Counted from the first letter of the stretch, positions 50,711 to 59,529 are shown. The stretch: DNA of 59,529 nt from Candidatus Moraniibacteriota bacterium (GCA_037133435.1 JBAXOD010000006.1:1-59529), one strand, 5' to 3'. The notes: a model not told the origin generated them from the sequence alone. Numbers and translations are program-made.

Positions 50711-50992
50711 ACGCTCGGGGATGCGTACGCGATATTTTCAAAAGTGCGGATCGAGGGTTTCATAGAGGTGAAAGATGGATTTGAATATGGCAAGAAGAAC
50801 GGATTAAGGAATCGAATCAAGTCGAACCATGTTGATTTTCTGATTTGTGACCGAGTGACGACCGAACCGCTCTATGCGATTGAACTGGATGGTTCATCGC
50901 ATAATCGCCTTGACCGACGGGAACGTGATGATTTTGTCAAAGAACTCTATCAGGCAGTTTGGCTTCCGTTTTATTCTCTTCTCAGGGTCTAA
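50711..50992 (+). pseudogene. DUF2726-like nuclease-fold fragment
   Basis: IFSKVRI, HVDFLICD, AIELDGSSH..R.ERD.F; TAG at 50708, no start; 3' end runs into the two-hairpin element. Confidence 0.7.
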
Positions 50993-51102
50993 TACCCCGC
51001 GGCTTGCCGCGGATATGTCTCACGAAGTGGGACTGGATCCCGGATCAAGTCCGGGATGACAAGTCGGGGGATACCTCGCGGCTTGCCACGAGGAGTTTCA
51101 TT
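50973..51102. mobile_element. two-hairpin non-autonomous element, copy 2
   Basis: near-identical to 22080-22206. Confidence 0.55.
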
Positions 51103-51174
51103 CGGGGTGGTATTACTGTTCACCAAACAAGGCGACACTCTCTTAATGACTTATATAAGCCTTAAAAGTGACTC

Positions 51175-51203
51175 TTGACTGTACTACGGGAATGCGATAC
51201 CAT
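51175..51203 (+). promoter_or_regulatory. sigma70-type promoter preceded by the 20-bp palindromic site (51145-51164)
   Basis: TTGACT-17nt-TACCAT. Confidence 0.65.
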
Positions 51204-51245
51204 AGAAACATAGGTTACTGATACATTCGATTCCTCTAGTCACAT

Positions 51246-52697
51246 ATGGTACGAACTGAGATAAAAAGTTACGTCGCACGACAGCTGTCCGAGCAGGCAA
51301 AAATCCTGCGTCTTTCGGCGTATGACGGAAATGGAACTGCGAATCTCAAAAGGTTCTTCTTCTACCGCATCGAAAAATTTGTCCGTGACTTCCTTTCTGC
51401 GCACAGCGAGCCTCGATGGATCATTATTCCCGGACTTCGCGGTGTCGGAAAAACGACCGTGCTCGCACAGATCTATTTTCAGTACGCACACATTTTTGGA
51501 AAGAACATCCTCTATATTTCGCTCGACGAAGTGACGAAGAAGCTGGGGAGCAATCTGTATGAAGTCCTGGACGCATATGAGGAGTTGCTGTCGGTGAGTT
51601 TTTCGCAACTTGAGGAAGACGTCTTGCTGCTTGTGGATGAGGTTCATTTTGATCCGGACTGGCAGTTCGCGCTGAAATCGCTCTTCGATACGTCCCGGCG
51701 AGTGTGTATCCTTTCGACCGGTTCTTCCGCGATTGCGCTCAATACGACCACCGATGTCGCCCGGCGTTCCCATACGGAAAAGATGTATCCGTTGAAGTTT
51801 ACGGAGTATGTGATGCTGTCGGATTCGCTTGACCATGCGAAACAGTCGATATCGTTTCCACCGAAATTGGGGGAGACCATAGCCGCGGCGTTGTTTGGGA
51901 GTGCCTCTGCGGATGAAGCGTATGCACGGCTCCAGGCGGTACAAACGGAAGTTTCGGGATATTGGCAAAAGGCGGACAGGCAGTCCATTAGCCGCTATCT
52001 CAAGTTCTATTCGACGCCTTCGGTATTGCCCTATGCGGACGATACGGTGATATATGCGAATTTGAATTCCGTTATCGATCGGGTGATAGAAAAGGACATA
52101 CCGACGATGAAATCGTTTACGCCGGATATACAGGCGAAGATTCCGGCGTTGCTCTTCGTTCTTGCCGGTTCGGATACGCAAAGCATACCGAGCATAGCGG
52201 GTGAACTGAAAGATATCGATGTGAAGACGCTCGCCGTGATTCTCAAGGTTCTGGAGGATGCGGAAGTCCTTCTGCGGGTGTATCCGTTCTCCGCCTCGGC
52301 GCCGAAGAAGGTGAGGCTTCCTTCCAAATATCTTTTTCTTGCCTCAAGTTTGCGCGCAGCGTTGCTTCATCTGATCGATTCGCGATCGATTGATATTCAG
52401 CATAAGGGGAAACTGCTTGAAGATGTCGTGGCGATGTATATATATCTGTATTTTCGGGAGTTGGCGGGTTGGACGATGAGCTATGATTCCGGAAAGAACG
52501 GCGCCGACTTTATCGTCGATGGGGCAGGACGGAGGATTGTCGTCGAGACGGGTTGGAACAAGCGAACCCATCAACAGGTGGTGAAAACGTTGGAAACCGT
52601 GAAAGGAACGTACGGACTTGTGGTAACCGATTCATGTACACTCGGAGTGAAAGACAATGTCCTCTTTGTCCCGTTTGAATTTTTCTTCTTGCTCTAA
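51246..52697 (+). CDS. AAA_14/DUF4143-type ATPase (long type), paralog of 3946-5382
   Basis: GLRGVGKTT, LVDEVH, STGS, PSKYLF, GKLLED, GADFIV..IVVETG. Confidence 0.8.
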   Translation: MVRTEIKSYVARQLSEQAKILRLSAYDGNGTANLKRFFFYRIEKFVRDFLSAHSEPRWIIIPGLRGVGKTTVLAQIYFQYAHIFGKNILYISLDEVTKKLGSNLYEVLDAYEELLSVSFSQLEEDVLLLVDEVHFDPDWQFALKSLFDTSRRVCILSTGSSAIALNTTTDVARRSHTEKMYPLKFTEYVMLSDSLDHAKQSISFPPKLGETIAAALFGSASADEAYARLQAVQTEVSGYWQKADRQSISRYLKFYSTPSVLPYADDTVIYANLNSVIDRVIEKDIPTMKSFTPDIQAKIPALLFVLAGSDTQSIPSIAGELKDIDVKTLAVILKVLEDAEVLLRVYPFSASAPKKVRLPSKYLFLASSLRAALLHLIDSRSIDIQHKGKLLEDVVAMYIYLYFRELAGWTMSYDSGKNGADFIVDGAGRRIVVETGWNKRTHQQVVKTLETVKGTYGLVVTDSCTLGVKDNVLFVPFEFFFLL

Positions 52698-52708
52698 GAT
52701 GTAATGCT

Positions 52709-53305
52709 ATGGAAATAATTTATATTCTCATAAACGAGGCGATGCCGGGGTACGTGAAGATCGGTCGGACGACGAATCATCTCGAGCAGCGGATACGCGA
52801 CCTGAGTGCGTCGACGAGCGTGCCGTTACCGTTCACATGCTTTTATGCGTGTACGGTGAAGGATTCGGCCTTCGTGGAACATCAGTTACACGATGCGTTC
52901 GATAACAACCGTGTCAATCCGCGACGCGAGTTTTTTGCGATTGATCCAGAGCGTGTTGTGGCAGCTCTGAAGCTGGCTGAAATTGAGAACATTACAACGG
53001 GGAGAGATATCGTCGAAACGAAGGAAGATCAAGAAGCTTTGGACGAGGCTCGGAAGCGTCGGTCAGTATTTAATTTTTCTATGGTCGGCATCCCGATTGG
53101 CTCTGAATTAGTTTTCAGTCGTGATGAAAACAAACGGGCAAAAGTTGTCGATAATCGGATGATTGAATTTGATGGTGTAGTGACCAGTCTTTCACATTCA
53201 GCACAAGAAATACTCGGGTATGAGTGCGGTGTCGCTGGAACTGATTATTGGATGTTTGACGATGAGACTTTAAGTGAACGAAGACGGAGAATGGAAGCGG
53301 AATAA
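52709..53305 (+). CDS. T5orf172/GIY-YIG-domain protein
   Basis: IYILIN.AMPGYVKIGRT, TSVP.PF, E..LH..F..RVNP.REFF. Confidence 0.85.
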   Translation: MEIIYILINEAMPGYVKIGRTTNHLEQRIRDLSASTSVPLPFTCFYACTVKDSAFVEHQLHDAFDNNRVNPRREFFAIDPERVVAALKLAEIENITTGRDIVETKEDQEALDEARKRRSVFNFSMVGIPIGSELVFSRDENKRAKVVDNRMIEFDGVVTSLSHSAQEILGYECGVAGTDYWMFDDETLSERRRRMEAE

Positions 53306-53338
53306 ATCGGTTATAAATATCAAAAATACAAAATACAT

Positions 53339-53422
53339 ATGAGTCAAAAAGAGGATTTTGCGAGGAGTCTGATAAAGGGGAAGATCGCGGAGACAGTGTT
53401 CGCGCAGATGTTGCGCGAGTGA
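53339..53422 (+). pseudogene. 27-aa N-terminal gene remnant
   Basis: TATG start; MSQKEDFARSLIKGKIAETVFAQMLRE resembles the first helix (G..AE) of PD-(D/E)XK nucleases. Confidence 0.4.
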
Positions 53423-53431
53423 TAAAAGAAA

Positions 53432-53830
53432 ATGATAACTATGCCAGAAACGTTTGGGAAAAGAGGAGAAATGAAATTTTTCGCAGGCTTTATAATGACA
53501 ATGCTATTACTAATAATTTTTATTATGGCAATCCAGAGCTCCGTGCAACATTCAGTGAATCCTTCTGTATCAGACGCTTCTTCTCTGTTCGGTATAGGTA
53601 CGGCTTGGGTCATGTTCTTTGCCATATTCATTATCGTTTTCTTGATTAGGGCACTGGCTTTGTGGTATTGGAAGATTGACAAGATAGTACGGCTTTTGGA
53701 GAAAATCGAGGAAAATACGCGCACGGTTGCGTCCGTCGTGCCGGGTTCCATGGTGTCGGCATTACCCGGTCAAGAACATCCGAAAAAGAAGGATGGGTTG
53801 TGGGCTGCGTTGAATAGGAAGATTTTTTAG
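53432..53830 (+). CDS. two-TM hypothetical membrane protein
   Basis: two hydrophobic segments, LWYWKIDKIV.LLEKI; start may be ATG 53471 after GAGGAG. Confidence 0.65.
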   Translation: MITMPETFGKRGEMKFFAGFIMTMLLLIIFIMAIQSSVQHSVNPSVSDASSLFGIGTAWVMFFAIFIIVFLIRALALWYWKIDKIVRLLEKIEENTRTVASVVPGSMVSALPGQEHPKKKDGLWAALNRKIF

Positions 53831-53936
53831 GGAGAGGAGAGAATCGCTGTTCACGAGCTTACGGGTTGGGGGATGGGAATGTTGCCGTGTTCACGTGTTA
53901 ACGAGTTAACGTGTTGGGAACTGGGTGGAAGAGTCT

Positions 53937-54106
53937 ATTCTCTACTTAAAATCAATACCCCGCAGCTCTGCTGCGGATATGTCGCCGTGAAACGGGGACT
54001 GGATCCCAGGTCAAGCCTCGTCGTTCGTGAACGACTGTGGCAAGCCCGGGATGACAGGGTAGATTAGTGACGGATACCCCGTCAGCCCTGTTGCGGGGTA
54101 GTTATT
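53937..54106. mobile_element. diverged third copy of the two-hairpin element with nested insertion
   Basis: ATTCTCT..AATACCCCGCAGC..GCTGCGGATA, GGGACTGGATCCC..CGGGATGAC, GATACCCCG..CGGGG. Confidence 0.5.
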
Positions 54107-54135
54107 TATGGCTTATATAAGGAATCATATATTTC

Positions 54136-54210
54136 ATAACCGTGAAAAAGTAGAGTTATTTGCCTATTTTTCACGGTTATTTTGACAAAACAGTGAAAAA
54201 TTACTATACT
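54136..54210 (+). promoter_or_regulatory. fic promoter with inverted-repeat operator
   Basis: ATAACCGTGAAAAA..TTTTTCACGGTTAT; TTGACA-17nt-TATACT containing third half-site AACAGTGAAAAA. Confidence 0.7.
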
Positions 54211-54218
54211 GGCAATAT

Positions 54219-55121
54219 ATGGCAAAAACACTCAGCGTATACGGGAAAATAGCTTATCTTCGTGAACGATACTTCCGTGCATCCGTCGGCAAGGAGGCGC
54301 TCCTTCGTATTCTCTCTGAATCCGAGGTGGCCGAGCAGGTATACAACTCCAATGCGATCGAAAACAGCGCCCTTTCACTCGAGGAAACCGAGAAAATTCT
54401 CCTTCAGATCGATCTGGATCGGTATATTTCCGAGCGGGAAATATTCGAGGCGAGGAATCTGGGACGGGTGGTTTCGTATATCGACACGCGTGCCAAGGAA
54501 CAGGAACTGACCGTTCCGGTCATCTTGTCGCTACACAAGATACTGATATCGAATATACGGGATGATATCGCCGGACGGCTCCGGAAAGAAAATGAATTCG
54601 TACGTGTCGGAAGCCATATCGCGCCCAATCCTCAGGAAGTTCCGAGTCGGCTTGACGATATGCTGGTCCGATATCATTCCGAGAGTCACGTGAATATCAT
54701 CGAGCGTATAGCTCGACTGCATCTTTCATTCGAATACACGCATCCGTTCTGCGATGGGAACGGGCGTATCGGTCGTGCTATCAACAACTATCTGCTTATC
54801 AGGGAAGGATTCGTTCCGATCAATATCAAGTTCATTGACCGAAAGAGTTATTATGAGGCGTTCCGGGAATTCGACCTGAACGGGACGACCGCCATCATGA
54901 AAGAAATCGTCGGGAAGGCATTGACGAACAGTTATCATCGCCGTTTGGCATATCTGGAGAACAAGGAAATCATCACGCTCGCTGACTTCGCGAAGCGTCA
55001 TTCCCTTTCCCATTCGAACCTGATCAATAAGGCGCGTCGGCAGACGATCGAGGCGTTCTTGGAACAGGGCGTCTGGAAAATCGGTGACACGTTCATTTCG
55101 GATGGGAACAAACGGGGATAG
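54219..55121 (+). CDS. Fic-family protein with N-terminal inhibitory motif and C-terminal HTH-like domain
   Basis: HPFCDGNGRIGR; SNAIEN; ITLADFAKR..GVWKI. Confidence 0.92.
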   Translation: MAKTLSVYGKIAYLRERYFRASVGKEALLRILSESEVAEQVYNSNAIENSALSLEETEKILLQIDLDRYISEREIFEARNLGRVVSYIDTRAKEQELTVPVILSLHKILISNIRDDIAGRLRKENEFVRVGSHIAPNPQEVPSRLDDMLVRYHSESHVNIIERIARLHLSFEYTHPFCDGNGRIGRAINNYLLIREGFVPINIKFIDRKSYYEAFREFDLNGTTAIMKEIVGKALTNSYHRRLAYLENKEIITLADFAKRHSLSHSNLINKARRQTIEAFLEQGVWKIGDTFISDGNKRG

Positions 55122-55137
55122 CGGTCGGGTATAATCA

Positions 55138-56238
55138 ATGAATACGTTCAATCCTATGGAAAAATCGACCATTTCGAAAAATTCGGAAAAAGATGCGTTG
55201 AGGATTCGGAATATCAAAAAGATGGGTCACGGCAAGGGCGGAATTACCGTCGAAATCGATTATTTCAGGACCTCGCAATGGTTCAAAGATGATGCCGGGA
55301 GGCCGTTTCATCCTCTCATCATCCTTTTTGTCCACAGGGAATCATATTTCATACTGGACGCGAACATATCCAAACCGAGCCCGGAGTTTCTTGACGATTT
55401 TTTCGATAGATTTCTTCAGATATTGGAAAAGAGTCCCGCAGGTATCGGAAAGATACTGGTCAAAAAACGGGATTTGTTCGATTCATTCGAAAAATCGGCG
55501 ACTGATCTGAATATTGGAATCGAACTGATAAAGCGATTACCCTCGGTCGAATCCGTGAAAGGAAGCATGACGAAAGTATTCAATACCGAAACGGGACGGG
55601 AAAAACCGAAGCAGAAGAATACCGCGAAGAAGAAGGCTTTTCGGAACGTGTATCAGTTCAAGATTCTCCTGGCGGGATCGAAGCCTCCCATCTGGCGAAG
55701 AATCCTGGTTCCTGAGAAGTATTCCTTTTGGGATCTGCATGTCGCGATTCAGGACGCGATGGGTTGGATGGATTGTCATCTGCATGAATTCCAAACGATC
55801 AGAAAGAATCATGGGGATGAACGGACTATCGGGATTCCGAATCCGGACAACGATGACGACGACATCGAACCGGGTTGGAATGAGATGATTTCTGACGTGT
55901 TTCCCGAAGAAATAAAGATGCGATACGTGTATGATTTCGGCGACTATTGGGTGCATTCGGTTGCCTTGGAAAAGATCCTTCCGAAGGAAGTGGGCGTGGA
56001 ATATCCGATCTGCACCGCCGGGAGAATGGCATGCCCTTTCGAAGACAGCGGCGCGCTCTGGGGATATTACGATATGCTGGAAATATTGAAACATCCGAAA
56101 CATCCGGAGTATAAGGATACCGTCGAATGGATCGGGGATGATCAGTACGACCCCGAGGAGTTTGATCTTAAGGAAGTTTCCTTCAGCGATCCGAAACAAA
56201 GGTTGGAAGAGCTTTTCGGATCGGGATATGGTTCCTGA
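55138..56238 (+). CDS. pRiA4b ORF-3-family protein with extra N-terminal domain
   Basis: PPIWRRI.VP, LHVAIQDAMGW..CHLHEF, YVYDFGDYW.H, ACP.EDSG. Confidence 0.85.
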   Translation: MNTFNPMEKSTISKNSEKDALRIRNIKKMGHGKGGITVEIDYFRTSQWFKDDAGRPFHPLIILFVHRESYFILDANISKPSPEFLDDFFDRFLQILEKSPAGIGKILVKKRDLFDSFEKSATDLNIGIELIKRLPSVESVKGSMTKVFNTETGREKPKQKNTAKKKAFRNVYQFKILLAGSKPPIWRRILVPEKYSFWDLHVAIQDAMGWMDCHLHEFQTIRKNHGDERTIGIPNPDNDDDDIEPGWNEMISDVFPEEIKMRYVYDFGDYWVHSVALEKILPKEVGVEYPICTAGRMACPFEDSGALWGYYDMLEILKHPKHPEYKDTVEWIGDDQYDPEEFDLKEVSFSDPKQRLEELFGSGYGS

Positions 56239-56444
56239 CAATGCCATGATCCGAACACGGGAGGGTGTCGAATGGGATGGGCGTTTTTCGGTGCGTCCGA
56301 AAACCAGACCTCACCGGTCGCGATAATCCGCCATTCTTTTTTTGGGAGAGAAGGTGACGGATGCGGAACAACAAAAAAAACGTTCGAAAACGGACAATCG
56401 TCATCTCGCGTGACTGTTGTCGTTCGATGTCGTTCGTTACCTGC

Positions 56445-57530
56445 CTACAGCAGGTCCTCGCGACCGCGGTCCTTCAGCTCCGCGATGAGAGTCTTGATGT
56501 CGGCGGCACGGTCGCGCCGCGTGACGAGGAGCGCGTCGTCGGTATCCACGATGACGAGGTCGTCCACGCCGAAGACCGCGATGGTGCGCTTGTCGCCGCC
56601 GTAGACGAGATTGCCGGAGCTTTCGAGCTCGACGGTGTTGCCCAGTCCGAAACTGTCTTTCCCGTTGCGATGCTTGAGAAAGTCGAAGAGCGAACCCCAG
56701 GTGCCGATGTCGCTCCACTGAATGGGCGACGGGATGACGATGCGGGACGTTACGGGGAGTTTCTCCACGACGATCGGTTCGATGGCCTCGTTCTCGGCTT
56801 TCGCATACGCTGTTTCGATCGGGGCGCCGCCTCGGATCTCTTTCAGGATATCCGAAAGCGCGGGCGAGTGTTCGGCGATCCAGTTGAGCATGCTGTCCGC
56901 CGAGAAGACGAAGTAGCCGGCATTCCAGAGGTACTGCCAGTCGGCAAGATATTTCTCGGCCATTTTGCGGTCGGGTTTTTCCTTGAAGGAGTCGACGAAG
57001 AAGATGCGCTCCGACCCTTCGCCGCCGAATTCCTCGCCCATGCGGATATAGCCGAGCCCGGTATCGGCGACCGTCGGGTTGATGCCGATGACCGCGAGCT
57101 TATCGGTATTTTCCGCGATCGTCTCCATGGCCAGACGGAGCGACGAGACGAACGCCTCGCCGTTCTCGATGGCGTGGTCGGACGCGATGGTCGCGATGGT
57201 CGCGCCGGGAAGCCGGGTCGACAGGAGCGCCGCGATGAGGCCGATCGCCGGTCCCGTACCCCGTTGTGACGGCTCGAGGAGGAGCCGGTCTTCGGTGATG
57301 TCCGGAAGCAGTCCGAGTATGCGGTCGCGGTATTTCATGCCGCTCGAAACGAAGATCCGATCGGCGGGAACGACTTGTTTGGCACGGTCATAGGTTTCCT
57401 CGAGCAACGTCTTGTCCGAGACGAACGATTGGAACTGCTTGGGAGTATTTTTGCGTGACAGCGGCCACAGACGGGTTCCGGAACCTCCGGCCATGATGAC
57501 AATGGCGAAATTTCCATTCGGCGTTTCCAT
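56445..57530 (-). CDS. manC: mannose-1-phosphate guanylyltransferase
   Basis: IMAGGSGTRLWPLSR..PKQF, SDH, FKEKPD, WNAG, WSDIGTW; ATG 57530. Confidence 0.92.
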   Translation of the reverse strand: METPNGNFAIVIMAGGSGTRLWPLSRKNTPKQFQSFVSDKTLLEETYDRAKQVVPADRIFVSSGMKYRDRILGLLPDITEDRLLLEPSQRGTGPAIGLIAALLSTRLPGATIATIASDHAIENGEAFVSSLRLAMETIAENTDKLAVIGINPTVADTGLGYIRMGEEFGGEGSERIFFVDSFKEKPDRKMAEKYLADWQYLWNAGYFVFSADSMLNWIAEHSPALSDILKEIRGGAPIETAYAKAENEAIEPIVVEKLPVTSRIVIPSPIQWSDIGTWGSLFDFLKHRNGKDSFGLGNTVELESSGNLVYGGDKRTIAVFGVDDLVIVDTDDALLVTRRDRAADIKTLIAELKDRGREDLL

Positions 57531-57778
57531 AATGTTGGTGACGTTACGATCCGACGGATACAGCATACGCCGAAAGGACCGTTTTCTCAAGGCAATACGG
57601 AAGAAGAAATGAAAAGCGATTCAATGAAAATATGAGATGGAAGCGGGAGAGATGCGATACGATGTAAAGCGGGAAGCGAAAAAATATACAGCACGGGAAC
57701 TCCGTTTTCGGACAGACGCGTTTCGTGGTAGAATATCTAGGCTTATGATTGATTTCGGTATCTTCCTCCTGAAGTGAT

Positions 57779-58477
57779 ATGAAACTTCCTTCGTTTCGGG
57801 ATATATTTTCCGGTGATATCGGGAACCGTCCGCGTCGCCGGATCGCTTTTACGGTGATCTTGTGTCTTGCGGTTGTGGCCGCGGGTGGCGTGTTCGCGAT
57901 GTATCGGACTTTTCGGCCCGCCGTGTCCGGACCGACGGAAGCCGCGCCCATCGTCGTGAAAACGGAAACGAATCCGAGTCTCGACGCCACGCCGGTCGTG
58001 GAAACGGTGCCGCAGATACCCGAATCAGTCGCGCCATACAAGAGCGAGAATTTTCGCGTAGGCGATATCGCGATCGGCGGGGATATGGTGTTGTCCGCAT
58101 CCGATACGAATCCGGCACCCCTCGCGATTGCGGCGGTACACGGTGAAGCGTTCACCGCTTCCGGCAAAGGCGGTTCGAAACTGGTCATCACGTGGGAAAC
58201 GAACAAGCCGGCCAGGTCGGACATCTCATACGGTAAGGGTGTCGGTCAGGCGGAGGCAGTCATCAGCGAGACCGAATTCGGAACGAGTCACAGCGTCATT
58301 ATCCCCGACGTGGCACCGGCATCGACGTATGTGTATGTGATAGCCGCGCGTGACAAATGGGGTGATTCGGCGACGTCGGATCCGTACGCGGTGTATACCG
58401 GGGCGAAGGCCGTCTCGTTGTTCGAGCTTTTGGCCGGCGCGGTCGGAGACGTATTCGGATGGGCGGTGAAGAAATAA
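57779..58477 (+). CDS. membrane-anchored fibronectin-III-like protein
   Basis: N-terminal TM; ITWETNKPA.S.ISYG, H.V.I....P.STY.Y. Confidence 0.7.
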   Translation: MKLPSFRDIFSGDIGNRPRRRIAFTVILCLAVVAAGGVFAMYRTFRPAVSGPTEAAPIVVKTETNPSLDATPVVETVPQIPESVAPYKSENFRVGDIAIGGDMVLSASDTNPAPLAIAAVHGEAFTASGKGGSKLVITWETNKPARSDISYGKGVGQAEAVISETEFGTSHSVIIPDVAPASTYVYVIAARDKWGDSATSDPYAVYTGAKAVSLFELLAGAVGDVFGWAVKK

Positions 58478-58682
58478 AAAAAATACGGATTTCGAAAGAA
58501 ATAACCGATTCGCAACTGAAAACGGGAAAGAAAGAAAATCAGGTCCCAGTCTTGGTTTCGGTTTTGTTTTCAAAACAGAAACCATTTGAAAACTATAAAA
58601 CCGACGGTTCTCATTTTCCGTTTTTCATGCTATATTTATACGAGTAATCCATCCCGGTTTTGGGATGGTTATGGCATCCGAC

Positions 58683-59529
58683 ATGACGAAGTATGTAACA
58701 CAAAAGATCGGGAAAAAGTTCATAATCTTCCTCGTCGCGATCATAGGCGCGGGGATGCTTATGGGGTGGCAGGGTATCCTGCGACCAGTTTTTGCGCAGT
58801 CGCTCGACCAGATTGGCGTCTCTTTGTCCGTGTTCGACGCCAAGAATGAGACCGTGAACGGGACCTTCCAGATGCGCTTCGCCATATACGATACCGACCG
58901 GACCGATCCGAACGCCAAAGATACCGCCGGCAAGCTTTGGGAAGAGACCAAACAAATCGATGTCGTAGGCGGTATCATCCGTACCTCGCTCGGTGATACG
59001 GCCGCGCTTCCTCCCGACCTCTTCTCCGACTCCTCCAAGGACTACTACCTCGGTATCAGGATCGGGACCGATTCCGAGATGGTCCCACGAAAGAAGATCA
59101 CGTCGGTCCCTTCGGCGAGCAACGCGCTCGGTGCCTTGAGTGCGATCGATGCCAAGACTCTTGCCGGCAAGGTGGTCGGTACCGGTGCGGGGAACATCCC
59201 GCTTCTTGGCAGTAGCGGAAAGTTCGCCCTCAACCTGCTTCCCACCGGAACCGGTACCAATCAGCTCGTATTGGGCAATGACGGCCGACTCCATAGCCAG
59301 AACACCGATACGGGTACCGATCAGAACACGTTCACCCTCGGTTCCGGTACGTCACTCGGCGCCACGAACTTCGACCTCTCCGTTTCGAACGCTTCCGTCA
59401 AGCCGACCCTGCGATACGATTCCACGACCGGAACATGGCAGCTCTCCAATGACGGATCGACATTTAACCAGATCCTCACCGGTTCGATCGCCAACGCCGC
59501 GGCCGACGGCTCCACCAAGGGAGTCGCCT
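58683..59529 (+). CDS. large secreted/surface protein, 5' part (runs off window; not in ORF track)
   Basis: open frame from ATG 58683: signal/TM, then GTFQMRFAIYD..LWEET..YYLGIRIGTDSEMVPRKKITSVP, Gly/Thr/Ser-rich. Confidence 0.85.
   Translation, partial: MTKYVTQKIGKKFIIFLVAIIGAGMLMGWQGILRPVFAQSLDQIGVSLSVFDAKNETVNGTFQMRFAIYDTDRTDPNAKDTAGKLWEETKQIDVVGGIIRTSLGDTAALPPDLFSDSSKDYYLGIRIGTDSEMVPRKKITSVPSASNALGALSAIDAKTLAGKVVGTGAGNIPLLGSSGKFALNLLPTGTGTNQLVLGNDGRLHSQNTDTGTDQNTFTLGSGTSLGATNFDLSVSNASVKPTLRYDSTTGTWQLSNDGSTFNQILTGSIANAAADGSTKGVA

Noticed and set aside
1-59529. tRNA, rRNA or riboswitch
   Set aside because: No cloverleaf, rRNA or known aptamer pattern recognised by eye; an Infernal/Rfam scan would be needed to exclude them.

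Overview
Chromosomal window from a CPR/Patescibacteria (Parcubacteria-like) bacterium. This is inferred from the missing uL30 gene between rpsE and rplO, the SD-less TATG starts and the gene style. The standard genetic code applies. The core is the str-S10-spc cluster (rpsL to secY-adk-map, 25.4-43.0 kb), plus rpmB, an M50 protease, yqgF/ruvX, a galE/GT2/DUF2304/DUF2142 glycosylation operon, manC and the start of a large surface protein. Two accessory blocks flank the core. At 0.4-12.3 kb there are three AbiEi/AbiEii pairs and four AAA_14-DUF4143 ATPases. At 44.5-56.2 kb there are rhuM, radC, two small PD-(D/E)XK nucleases around AIPR and a 5'-truncated C5-methyltransferase, an ATPase, T5orf172, Fic and a pRiA4b ORF-3 protein. 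The most unusual signal is non-coding: a strand-polarised grammar of 7/8/9-mer tandem arrays and REP-like hairpins. Forward arrays follow gene ends and reverse-complement arrays precede core gene starts. Inside the ribosomal operon this gives empty inverted pairs, three of which have periodic G.A mismatches. Elsewhere the spacers hold a four-helix-bundle pseudogene or stacks of self-promoted defence-type genes. Exact junction duplications (46 bp and 38 bp) and a shared 20-bp palindrome upstream of several accessory promoters suggest a repeat-guided gene-capture platform. That interpretation is a hypothesis, and no recombinase is visible in the window. Family names come from motif recognition, not database searches.
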